The translations under genes were made by a program, and so were the position numbers. The notes beneath the pieces were generated by a model, which did no database searches, was not told the origin of the DNA, and saw nothing but the letters and a program-made list of their open reading frames with translations. A stretch of 32,000 nucleotides of DNA. It comes from Candidatus Saccharimonadota bacterium. GTDB taxonomy: Bacteria; Bacteroidota; Bacteroidia; Cytophagales; Amoebophilaceae. Shown here piece by piece: positions 23,767 through 32,000 of the stretch. Position 1 is the stretch's first letter. Every line of letters begins with the position of its first letter. Location of the stretch: assembly GCF_003351905.1 (NCBI RefSeq), contig NZ_CP022339.1, positions 1,020,001 through 1,052,000 on the forward strand, in the 5' to 3' direction.

Positions 23767-26700
23767 GTGAAGAAAAAACCATCTAGTAAACAAAATTGCC
23801 ATATGCCTTCTGCTGATACCCCTGCAAACTATACTGATTTGCTTGAAATCCAGTTAAAGTCGTTTAGGGACTTTTTTCAACTGGGTGTTAGTCCAGAGAA
23901 TAGAATCAATGAAGGGCTCTATAAGGTTTTTATGGAGCATTTTCCTATTGAAGACGCTAAGCGGAACTATATCCTGGAGTTTATTGATTACAATTTAGAG
24001 CTTCCCCAATATACGCCTCGGGAATGTATTGAGCGTGGGTTGACCTATGATGTTCCTTTGAAAGCAAAATTACGCTTATTGCAAAATGATGAGCATACTG
24101 GAAAGTATGAAGGTGTGGAACAAGAGGTTTTTTTGGGTAATGTACCCTATATGACCGATCAGGGTTCCTTTATTTTAAGTGGTGTGGAGCGTGTAGTGGT
24201 TTCTCAGGTGCATAAGTCTTCTGGTATTTTCTTTTTTCAGAATAAACACATTAGTGGGTCAAATGTTTACGCTGCTAAAGTGGTGCCTGCCAAGGGGGTT
24301 TGGATTGAATTTTCGGTTGACATCAATTCGGTGATGTATATCTACCTAGATAGGAAAAAGAAGATTCCCATTACCACCATGTTGCGTGCCATTGGTTATA
24401 GTAGCGATAAAGATATTTTAGATATCTTTGGCCTTGCCGATGAGGTAAAGGCCACTAGAGCCGTGCTGGAAAAACAGATGGGTCGTAAGTTGGCTGCTCG
24501 GGTTTTAAAAAGCTGTGAGGAGTGTTATGTGGATGAAGAAACTGGTGAAGAATATCTACGTACCACCCATCAAGTCCTTGTAGAGCGCAATACGGTATTG
24601 GATGAAGCCGTTATAGAGGTGATCTTATCTGCTGAAGTTGCTTCTATTATTTTGCATAAATCAGAAGCAGTATATGCGGATTACCACCTGGTTTATAATT
24701 CCTTTGGGAAAGATACGACCAATGATACCAAGGAGGCCATAGAGCAAATTTACCGTCAGTTGCGTAATGCGGAGGCACCGGATGAGCAAACTGCGCGTGA
24801 AGTAGTAGAAAGCCTTTTTTTTAGCAGTAAGCGGTACACCCTGGGTGAGGTAGGTCGTTATAGGATCAATAAAAAATTAAACCTGGACATTCCAATCAAG
24901 ACTTGTGTCTTGACACAAGAAGATATTGTACAAATTATTCATTACCTCATCAAAGTGGTCAATGGTAAAGCAGAAGTAGATGATATTGATCACTTAAGCA
25001 ATCGCCGGGTTCGTTCGGTTGGCGAGCAACTTTTTACCCAATTTGGCGTAGGATTCTCTCGGTTGGCTAGAACCATTCGGGAACGCATTAATATTAGAGA
25101 CAATGAGCTGTTTAAGCCAGCAGATCTTATTAACGCACGTACCCTTTCTTCTGTCATCAATTCTTTCTTTGGCATTAATCCACTGTCTCAGTTGATTGAT
25201 CAAGTCAATCCACTCGCAGAGATTACCCATAAGCGCCGTGTATCTGCGTTAGGACCTGGGGGACTTTCTAGGGACCGGGCCGGTTTTGAGGTCCGTGACG
25301 TGCACTATTCCCATTATGGCAGGCTGTGTACCATTGAAACACCAGAGGGTATGAACATTGGTTTGATTTCCTCTCTCTGCATGTATGCACGTGTCAACAG
25401 TATGGGTTTTATTGAAACACCTTATCGCCGGGTAGCGGATGGTAAAGTAGATCTAAGCGGTGACATCTGTTACCTTAATGCAGCAGAAGAAGAGCATGGC
25501 AATTTTGCTCCGGCTAATATAAGGATGGATCGAGATGGCGTTATGCTAGATAACCGTGTAAAGGTCCGCAATGGAGATGAATATCCGTTGGTAAAACCAG
25601 AGCAGGTTAATTATATGGATGTTTCCAGTAGCCAGATTGCTTCAGTGGCTGCTTCTTTGATTCCATTTTTGGAGCACAATGACGCCAGTCGTGCATTGAT
25701 GGGTTCTAACATGCAACGTCAGGCCGTTCCTTTGATTCGCCCAGATGTACCCATTGTATGCACCGGTGTAGAAAAAAGAGTAGCAAAAGAGTTTAGGGGT
25801 TTGCCTACTGCAGAAGGTAGTGGTATGGTTACTTATGTAGATAGTAGAAAAGTTGTGGTGGAATATGACCGCTCAGCAGAAGAAGCGCTCGTTGCATTTG
25901 ATGAAGCTTCGGTGACCTATTCCATGGATAAGTTTAGAGGTACCAATCGAAGTACTTGCATTAACTTATCGCCCATTGTTGCTAAAGGAAGTCGGGTAGA
26001 AAAAGGTCAGGTGCTCTGTGAAGGTTATGCGACTAAAAATGCCGAGTTGGCATTAGGTAAGAATTTAAAAGTAGCCTTCTTGTCTTGGAAGGGATATACC
26101 TTTGAAGATGGTATTGTCATTTCTGAACGTATTGTGCGGGATGATGTCTTTACCTCTATTCATATCAAGGAATTTATTCTGGAGGTAAAAGATACCAAGT
26201 TTGGTGCAGAAGAGTTGACCAATGAAATTCCAAATGTAAGTGAAGAAGCGATTGCCAAGTTGGATCTGGATGGTATTGTAAAGGTAGGTACAGAAGTCAA
26301 AGAAGGCGATATATTAATTGGTAAAATTACCCCAAAAGGAGAGATAGATGTTACCCCAGAAGCCAGGCTTTTGAAAGCTATTTTTGGTGATAAAGCAGGC
26401 GATGTTAAGAATACCTCTTTGCGCGTTCCATCTGGTATGGAAGGTATTGTCATCGATACGAAAATTTTCTCTAGCCCCGAAAGGAGTAAGGAAAGTAAAG
26501 AAAAAATCAAAAAAGAACTAGAATTATTAAAAAGGGCACATACCAAGCATTTGCTCAAACTACGAGATATAGCCATTAAAAAGTTATCCATTGTGTTAGA
26601 TGACATCGTTACTAGTGGTATTTATCACCAATTTGGCGATGAGATTATAGCAGAGGGTACCAAACTCACCTCCTTATTAATTGCTGAAAAGCTTTTTCCT

Positions 26701-27642
26701 TCTAAAAACATCTATCGTGATGAATCCCTGTACAATGTGCCTGCAGAAGCCAATTTACTTGGGGATCTTGTATGGAGTAATTGGACAGCTGATCCATCTA
26801 AAAATGAGCTGGTGCAGCGTATTGCAAGTAACTATGTTAAAAAGTGTGTGGCCTCTATTGTACGTTTTAAACGTGACCGATTTACACTAGAAGCAGGTGA
26901 TGGGCTACCCAAGGGGGTGGTAAAAGTAGCGAAGGTCTATATTGCAGAAAAAAGAAAGCTTAAGGTGGGTGATAAGATGTCCGGAAGGCATGGTAATAAA
27001 GGCATTGTTTGTAAAATAGTGCCTCAAGAAGATATGCCTTTCTTAGCAGACGGTACACCGGTAGACGTTGTATTGAGTCCATTGGGCTTACCTTCGCGTA
27101 TGAACTTAGGTCAGTTATATGAAACCGTATTAGGATGGGCCGGTGATCAGTTAGGTAAACGGTATATCAATCCTATTTTTGAGGGGATGAGCTTAGATCA
27201 GATTTCCAGTGAGTTAGATCAAGCTGGCTTACCTACTTTTGGTAAAACAACCGTTTATGATGGTGGAACGGGTATGCCATTTAGTCAAAAAGTTACCGTT
27301 GGCGTGGTCTACCTACTCAAGTTGGCCCATTTGGTAGACGATAAAATGCATGCACGTTCTACAGGGCCTTATTCTTTGATTACCCAGCAACCATTAGGTG
27401 GTAAAGCCCAATTTGGTGGACAAAGATTTGGTGAAATGGAGGTATGGGCATTGGAAGCCTATGGCGCTGCTTATACATTACAAGAAATGCTCAATACCAA
27501 ATCAGATGATGTAGTCGGAAGATCTAAAGCCTATGAAGCCATTGTGAAAGGTAATAATATTCCAAAGCCCAATTTATCCGAATCATTTAATGTATTGATT
27601 CATGAGCTAAGAGGCCTAGGGCTTGAAATTACACTTGTATGA
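23767..27642 (+). CDS. rpoB: DNA-directed RNA polymerase subunit beta
   Basis: 1291-aa ORF beginning at a GTG. An alternative ATG at 23803 gives MPSADTPANYTDLLEIQLKSF. It has conserved RpoB blocks (GPGGLSRDRAGFEVRDVH, NMQRQAVPL, GRHGNKG, GGQRFGEMEVWALEAYGA). Confidence 0.97.
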   Translation: MKKKPSSKQNCHMPSADTPANYTDLLEIQLKSFRDFFQLGVSPENRINEGLYKVFMEHFPIEDAKRNYILEFIDYNLELPQYTPRECIERGLTYDVPLKAKLRLLQNDEHTGKYEGVEQEVFLGNVPYMTDQGSFILSGVERVVVSQVHKSSGIFFFQNKHISGSNVYAAKVVPAKGVWIEFSVDINSVMYIYLDRKKKIPITTMLRAIGYSSDKDILDIFGLADEVKATRAVLEKQMGRKLAARVLKSCEECYVDEETGEEYLRTTHQVLVERNTVLDEAVIEVILSAEVASIILHKSEAVYADYHLVYNSFGKDTTNDTKEAIEQIYRQLRNAEAPDEQTAREVVESLFFSSKRYTLGEVGRYRINKKLNLDIPIKTCVLTQEDIVQIIHYLIKVVNGKAEVDDIDHLSNRRVRSVGEQLFTQFGVGFSRLARTIRERINIRDNELFKPADLINARTLSSVINSFFGINPLSQLIDQVNPLAEITHKRRVSALGPGGLSRDRAGFEVRDVHYSHYGRLCTIETPEGMNIGLISSLCMYARVNSMGFIETPYRRVADGKVDLSGDICYLNAAEEEHGNFAPANIRMDRDGVMLDNRVKVRNGDEYPLVKPEQVNYMDVSSSQIASVAASLIPFLEHNDASRALMGSNMQRQAVPLIRPDVPIVCTGVEKRVAKEFRGLPTAEGSGMVTYVDSRKVVVEYDRSAEEALVAFDEASVTYSMDKFRGTNRSTCINLSPIVAKGSRVEKGQVLCEGYATKNAELALGKNLKVAFLSWKGYTFEDGIVISERIVRDDVFTSIHIKEFILEVKDTKFGAEELTNEIPNVSEEAIAKLDLDGIVKVGTEVKEGDILIGKITPKGEIDVTPEARLLKAIFGDKAGDVKNTSLRVPSGMEGIVIDTKIFSSPERSKESKEKIKKELELLKRAHTKHLLKLRDIAIKKLSIVLDDIVTSGIYHQFGDEIIAEGTKLTSLLIAEKLFPSKNIYRDESLYNVPAEANLLGDLVWSNWTADPSKNELVQRIASNYVKKCVASIVRFKRDRFTLEAGDGLPKGVVKVAKVYIAEKRKLKVGDKMSGRHGNKGIVCKIVPQEDMPFLADGTPVDVVLSPLGLPSRMNLGQLYETVLGWAGDQLGKRYINPIFEGMSLDQISSELDQAGLPTFGKTTVYDGGTGMPFSQKVTVGVVYLLKLAHLVDDKMHARSTGPYSLITQQPLGGKAQFGGQRFGEMEVWALEAYGAAYTLQEMLNTKSDDVVGRSKAYEAIVKGNNIPKPNLSESFNVLIHELRGLGLEITLV

Positions 27643-27687
27643 TAGTAGTCAGTTTGACATTCCATATTTAACATCGCTTTTAACCGT

Positions 27688-30600
27688 ATGAAGTTTAAAA
27701 GAAATAGGGCACAATCCACTCAATTTTCTGGCATTATTGCTAGTCTTTCCTCTCCAGAGGTTATTTTGTCGCGTTCATCAGGGGAAGTGACCCTACCAGA
27801 AACCATTAACTATAGAACACATAAACCCGAAACGAAAGGGTTGTTTTGTGAGCGTATATTTGGCCCTGTAAAAGATTGGGAATGTCATTGTGGCAAATAC
27901 AAAGGCATTCGCTATAAAGGCATTGTATGTGATCGATGTGGCGTTGAGATTACAGAAAAAAAGCAACGTAGGCAACGGGTGGGCCACATTGAGTTGGTAG
28001 TTCCGGTCACCCATATCTGGTATTTTAGAGTCCTCCCTAGTAAGATTAGCTATTTGCTTGGTATACCTACTAAAAAAGTAGAACAAATTGTATACTACGA
28101 GCGTTATGTAGTGATTCAGCCTGGTATCAAAAAAGATGAGGGGGTAGCCGCTATGGATCTGTTATCTGAGGATGAGTACCTTAATATTTTAGATCAGCTG
28201 CCTCCAGAAAACCAATTGTTGAGTAACTCAGATCCTAATAAGTTTATTGCCCTAATTGGTTCAGAAGCGATTGAAGCGGTGCTCAAGGGGCTTGACTTAG
28301 AAAAGCTTTCCGTTGATTTGCGCGAACAGCTGTTGACCGATGCCTCACAGCAGCGCCGCATTGAAGTTGTCAAAAGGCTAAAAATTGTAGAAGGCTTTAG
28401 GGATGTCCATAAAAAAGTAGAAAACCGTCCAGAGTGGATGGTGATGCGTATCTTGCCAGTCATTCCTCCTGAGTTACGTCCTCTTTTTTCATTAGGCGGT
28501 GGTAAATTTGCTACTTCTGATTTAAATGATCTCTATAGAAGGGTGATTATTAGAAACAACAGACTCAAGCGGTTATTGGACATTAAGGCTCCTCAGATTA
28601 TTATACGCAATGAAATGCGTATGTTGCAGGAAGCCGTTGATTCTTTATTTGATAATTCCCGTAAAGTAAATTCTGTTGCTTCAGAGGGCATTCGACCATT
28701 AAAGTCCCTTTCAGATATGTTAAAAGGGAAGCAGGGTCGTTTTAGGCAGAATTTGCTTGGTAAGCGTGTGGATTATTCCGGCAGGTCGGTTATTGTGGTA
28801 GGGCCTGAGTTGCGCTTGCATGAGTGTGGGCTACCTAAAGAGATGGCCGTTGAGTTATTTATGCCTTTTATCATACGCAGGCTTATAGAGCGTGGCGTAG
28901 CAGAAACTGTAAAAGTTGCCAAAAGATTAATAGAGGAAAAAGACCCTGTTATTTGGGATGTATTAGAGAATGTATTGAAAGGCCATCCTATATTGTTGAA
29001 CCGTGCACCTACCCTTCATCGATTGGGTATCCAAGCTTTTCAACCTAAATTAATTGAAGGTAAAGCCATTCAATTGCATCCTTTGGTTTGTACTGCTTTC
29101 AATGCCGACTTTGATGGAGATCAAATGGCCGTCCATGTTCCCCTTGGACAGGAAGCCATTGCCGAAGCTTCATTGCTGATGCTGGCATCCTATAATGTAT
29201 TGAATCCTTCCAATGGTATTCCTATTACCATTCCCTCCCGTGACATGATTTTAGGCTTGCATTACCTCACCAAAGGAAGGCGTAGTAGGTCCAGTGATGT
29301 GGTATTAGGAGAGGGTATGTCTTTTTATGCACCTGAGGAGGTATTGATGGCTTTGGCCCATGAAAAGGTTTCAAAGCATGCTTATATTAAGCTACGTTTG
29401 TCTATTGCGCATGCAGATGGCAGCGTTGCCTATCGTTTCATAGAGACTACGGTTGGCAGAGTACTCTTCAACGAATATTGCCCAGCCGGCATGGCCTTTG
29501 TCAATGAGACCCTTAATGTGCGCAACATGCAGCGTATTGTAACCGACATGTACAGTCAATTTGGTACAGTCGTTACCGTTGCGTTTTTAGATAACATTAA
29601 AGCTTTAGGCTTTAACACTGCATTCAAGGCAGGGATGACTATTGGTCTTGATGATGTAAAGATACCGGCTAATAAAAATGAACTCATTGCCCAAGCTACT
29701 GCAGAAGTGGAATCTATTTGGGGTAATTATATGTTGGGTTTGATCACCGATAATGAAAGATATAATCAAGTAATTGATGTGTGGACCAGAACCAATACCC
29801 GTATTACCAATCAGCTCATGGAACAGTTAGAGCAAGATCAAGATGCTTTTAACTCCGTTTATATGATGATGATTTCTGGTGCAAGGGGGTCCCGTGAGCA
29901 GGTACGTCAGTTAGGCGGTATGAAAGGCTTAATTGGTAGGCCTCAAAAAAGTACCCAAGGCGCAGTAGGAGAAATTATTGAACACCCTATTATTTCTAAT
30001 TTTCAAGAGGGGTTGAATGTGATTGAGTATTTTATTGCTACGCATGGTGCCAGAAAGGGTTTGGCGGATACCGCTTTAAAAACAGCGGATGCAGGTTATC
30101 TAACGAGAAGGTTGGTCGATGTAGCACAAGACTTAACTGTTGTGGAAGAGGATTGTGGTACCCTTAAAGGCATTCATGTAACCGCTGTGAAAGTAGAGAA
30201 TAGGGTGGTTGAATCACTTTCAGAACGTATTCTCGGGCGTGTAGTAGTCGAAGATATTTTGGATCCCCAAACAGGCATTTTGCTCGTTGCACGTGGCAAC
30301 GGCATTGATGAACAAATGGCTGCGCGCATAGAAGCAGCTGGTCTAGAAGGCGTCTTGGTACGTTCTGTCTTGACCTGTGATTTACCGCAAGGGGTTTGTG
30401 TAAAATGTTATGGGCGCAACTTAGCTACAGGCAATATGGTATCTGTGGGCGAGGCAGTTGGGGTCATTGCGGCACAATCTATTGGGCAGCCTGGTACACA
30501 GCTTACCATGAGAACCTTCCACGTCGGAGGTATTGCGTCTAATGTGACCGTTGATGCGAAGGTTAAAGCCAAGTATGCAGGGGTTGTCAACTTTGAAGAC

Positions 30601-31983
30601 CTAATGGTGACCAGTTATATAGATGCAAATGGAATGGGCGTGGAAGTTGTTATGAGCCGCTCTTCGGAGCTACAAATTTTGGATGCAGATACAAGAAAAG
30701 TCTTGACCAGTACCCATTTACCCTATGGTTCACATCTTAAAGTCAAAAACAATCAAATGGTAAGCTATGATCAAGAGCTTTACCATTGGGATCCTTATAA
30801 TGTGGTATTATTGGCTACCCAGGATGGCGTCGTGAACTTCCTAGGCCTTGAAGAAGGGATTACCTATCAAGAAGAATTTGATGAACAAACCGGCCGGAAA
30901 GCAAAGGTCATGATTGAGTCTAGGGATAAAACCAAACATCCAAGTGTAGTCTTATGTGATGAGGCAGGTGTAACCATTGCTTCGTATACCCTTCCTGTGA
31001 AAGCGCAGTTAGCCGTAGAAGTAGGGGACAAGGTCCATAAAGGAGAGGTGCTTGCTCGGGTGCCTCGTATCATCAATCAATCTCGAGACATTACAGGTGG
31101 TTTACCTCGTGTAGTGGAGCTTTTTGAGGCTAGAAAGCCTGCCAATACAGCTTTTATTAGTGAGTTAAGTGGCGTGGTAACCTATGGGGGTATTAAAAGA
31201 GGCAATAGAGAAATTTTTATTGAGTCTAAAGAAGGCATACAGGTCAAGTATATGATCCCATTGTCTAAGCATATCTTGGTCCAAGACAACGACTATGTAA
31301 AAGTAGGGGAGGTGATTACAGATGGTGCGGTAGCTGCTGCTGATCTTTTGGTTACAAAAGGTCCACTGGTTGCACAGGAATACATTATGAATGAGCTACA
31401 AAACGTATATCGTTTACAAGGTGAGAAAATCAATAATAAACATATTGAAATCATCATTAAACAGATGATGCGTAAGGTAGAGGTACTGGATCCAGGCGAT
31501 ACGACCCTATTGCATGGGCAGGTGATTGATAAGGTTAAGTTCTTTGAAGAGAATGATAGGGTTCGTGATCAATCTATTGTGCTCAAGCCTGGTGATTCTA
31601 CATTATTTAAGCAAGGGCAATTTATCTCCTCTAGTAGGTTGCAACAAGAGAATGATAAACTAAAGCAGCAGGGGTTGGTGGCTGTTGAAGCCAAACCAGT
31701 AGAATTGGCCGTTGCGCAACCAAAACTGCAAGGTATTACCCAAATCTCCTTGGCTACAGAAAGTTTCTTATCTGCAGCTTCTTTCCAAGAAACAGCTAAG
31801 GTGTTGAGTGATGCAGGTATTAGTGCCAAGTATGATAGGCTAAAAGGATTGAAAGAAAATATTATTGTAGGTCATTTGATTCCTGCTGGAACGGGTATGC
31901 GCCGTTACGAAAAGTTGGTTGTCAACTCTAAAAGCGAATATGAGGCTTTGGTAGCTGCTAAAGCGGGTGCAACAGCGGGGTAG
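27688..31983 (+). CDS. rpoC: DNA-directed RNA polymerase subunit beta'
   Basis: 1431 aa with the zinc-binding [22 protein letters not shown], the catalytic [12 protein letters not shown], and the trigger-loop and bridge-helix blocks. Confidence 0.97.
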   Translation: MKFKRNRAQSTQFSGIIASLSSPEVILSRSSGEVTLPETINYRTHKPETKGLFCERIFGPVKDWECHCGKYKGIRYKGIVCDRCGVEITEKKQRRQRVGHIELVVPVTHIWYFRVLPSKISYLLGIPTKKVEQIVYYERYVVIQPGIKKDEGVAAMDLLSEDEYLNILDQLPPENQLLSNSDPNKFIALIGSEAIEAVLKGLDLEKLSVDLREQLLTDASQQRRIEVVKRLKIVEGFRDVHKKVENRPEWMVMRILPVIPPELRPLFSLGGGKFATSDLNDLYRRVIIRNNRLKRLLDIKAPQIIIRNEMRMLQEAVDSLFDNSRKVNSVASEGIRPLKSLSDMLKGKQGRFRQNLLGKRVDYSGRSVIVVGPELRLHECGLPKEMAVELFMPFIIRRLIERGVAETVKVAKRLIEEKDPVIWDVLENVLKGHPILLNRAPTLHRLGIQAFQPKLIEGKAIQLHPLVCTAFNADFDGDQMAVHVPLGQEAIAEASLLMLASYNVLNPSNGIPITIPSRDMILGLHYLTKGRRSRSSDVVLGEGMSFYAPEEVLMALAHEKVSKHAYIKLRLSIAHADGSVAYRFIETTVGRVLFNEYCPAGMAFVNETLNVRNMQRIVTDMYSQFGTVVTVAFLDNIKALGFNTAFKAGMTIGLDDVKIPANKNELIAQATAEVESIWGNYMLGLITDNERYNQVIDVWTRTNTRITNQLMEQLEQDQDAFNSVYMMMISGARGSREQVRQLGGMKGLIGRPQKSTQGAVGEIIEHPIISNFQEGLNVIEYFIATHGARKGLADTALKTADAGYLTRRLVDVAQDLTVVEEDCGTLKGIHVTAVKVENRVVESLSERILGRVVVEDILDPQTGILLVARGNGIDEQMAARIEAAGLEGVLVRSVLTCDLPQGVCVKCYGRNLATGNMVSVGEAVGVIAAQSIGQPGTQLTMRTFHVGGIASNVTVDAKVKAKYAGVVNFEDLMVTSYIDANGMGVEVVMSRSSELQILDADTRKVLTSTHLPYGSHLKVKNNQMVSYDQELYHWDPYNVVLLATQDGVVNFLGLEEGITYQEEFDEQTGRKAKVMIESRDKTKHPSVVLCDEAGVTIASYTLPVKAQLAVEVGDKVHKGEVLARVPRIINQSRDITGGLPRVVELFEARKPANTAFISELSGVVTYGGIKRGNREIFIESKEGIQVKYMIPLSKHILVQDNDYVKVGEVITDGAVAAADLLVTKGPLVAQEYIMNELQNVYRLQGEKINNKHIEIIIKQMMRKVEVLDPGDTTLLHGQVIDKVKFFEENDRVRDQSIVLKPGDSTLFKQGQFISSSRLQQENDKLKQQGLVAVEAKPVELAVAQPKLQGITQISLATESFLSAASFQETAKVLSDAGISAKYDRLKGLKENIIVGHLIPAGTGMRRYEKLVVNSKSEYEALVAAKAGATAG

Positions 31984-32000
31984 GTACGTAGTGATAGATA

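Noticed and set aside
26160-26606. A 148-aa antisense ORF inside rpoB, plus other antisense or overlapping ORFs in pepF (3551-3814, 3911-4132), the ankyrin gene (1380-2027 +), the SSS gene (12390-12641, 13819-14040), dnaG, tuf and rpoC.
   Set aside because: All lie within strongly supported genes. They have Ser/Leu-rich, low-complexity antisense-type composition and no recognisable motifs.

Overview
AT-rich bacterial chromosome segment, mostly core housekeeping genes in a gene order typical of Bacteroidota. Minus strand at the left: rpmB-rpmG-DUF4295-ftsY. Right half: tRNA-Tyr/Gly/Thr - tuf - tRNA-Trp - secE - nusG - rplK - rplA - rplJ - rplL - rpoB - rpoC. Between them lie an M3 oligoendopeptidase, murI, yidD, era, rlmB, dnaG, four further tRNAs and a predicted outer-membrane beta-barrel protein. 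Few genes have Shine-Dalgarno sequences and some start regions carry TAnnTTTG boxes, which also fits Bacteroidota. Three accessory-looking genes stand out: an ankyrin-repeat lipoprotein, a secreted lipase-like lipoprotein, and an 1189-aa sodium:solute symporter fused to degenerate kinase-like and SpoT-like HD modules. Together with divergent core proteins they suggest an intracellular, Amoebophilus/Cardinium-like symbiont; this is inference only. I found no transposase, CRISPR array, prophage, defence island or other new multi-gene system. The most unusual content is non-coding. (1) A modular family of long palindromic elements sits in intergenic regions and mostly at gene ends (4562-4780, 8821-9035, 14910-14987, 15021-15218, 17404-17445, probably 8087-8131 and 9050-9140). 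These share a 50-nt core hairpin that shows one compensatory base-pair change. (2) A second repeat family fills all three long spacers of the secE-nusG-rplKAJL cluster (20591-20728, 21326-21424, 23201-23297), in both orientations. All coordinates and identities were worked out by eye and need computational confirmation.
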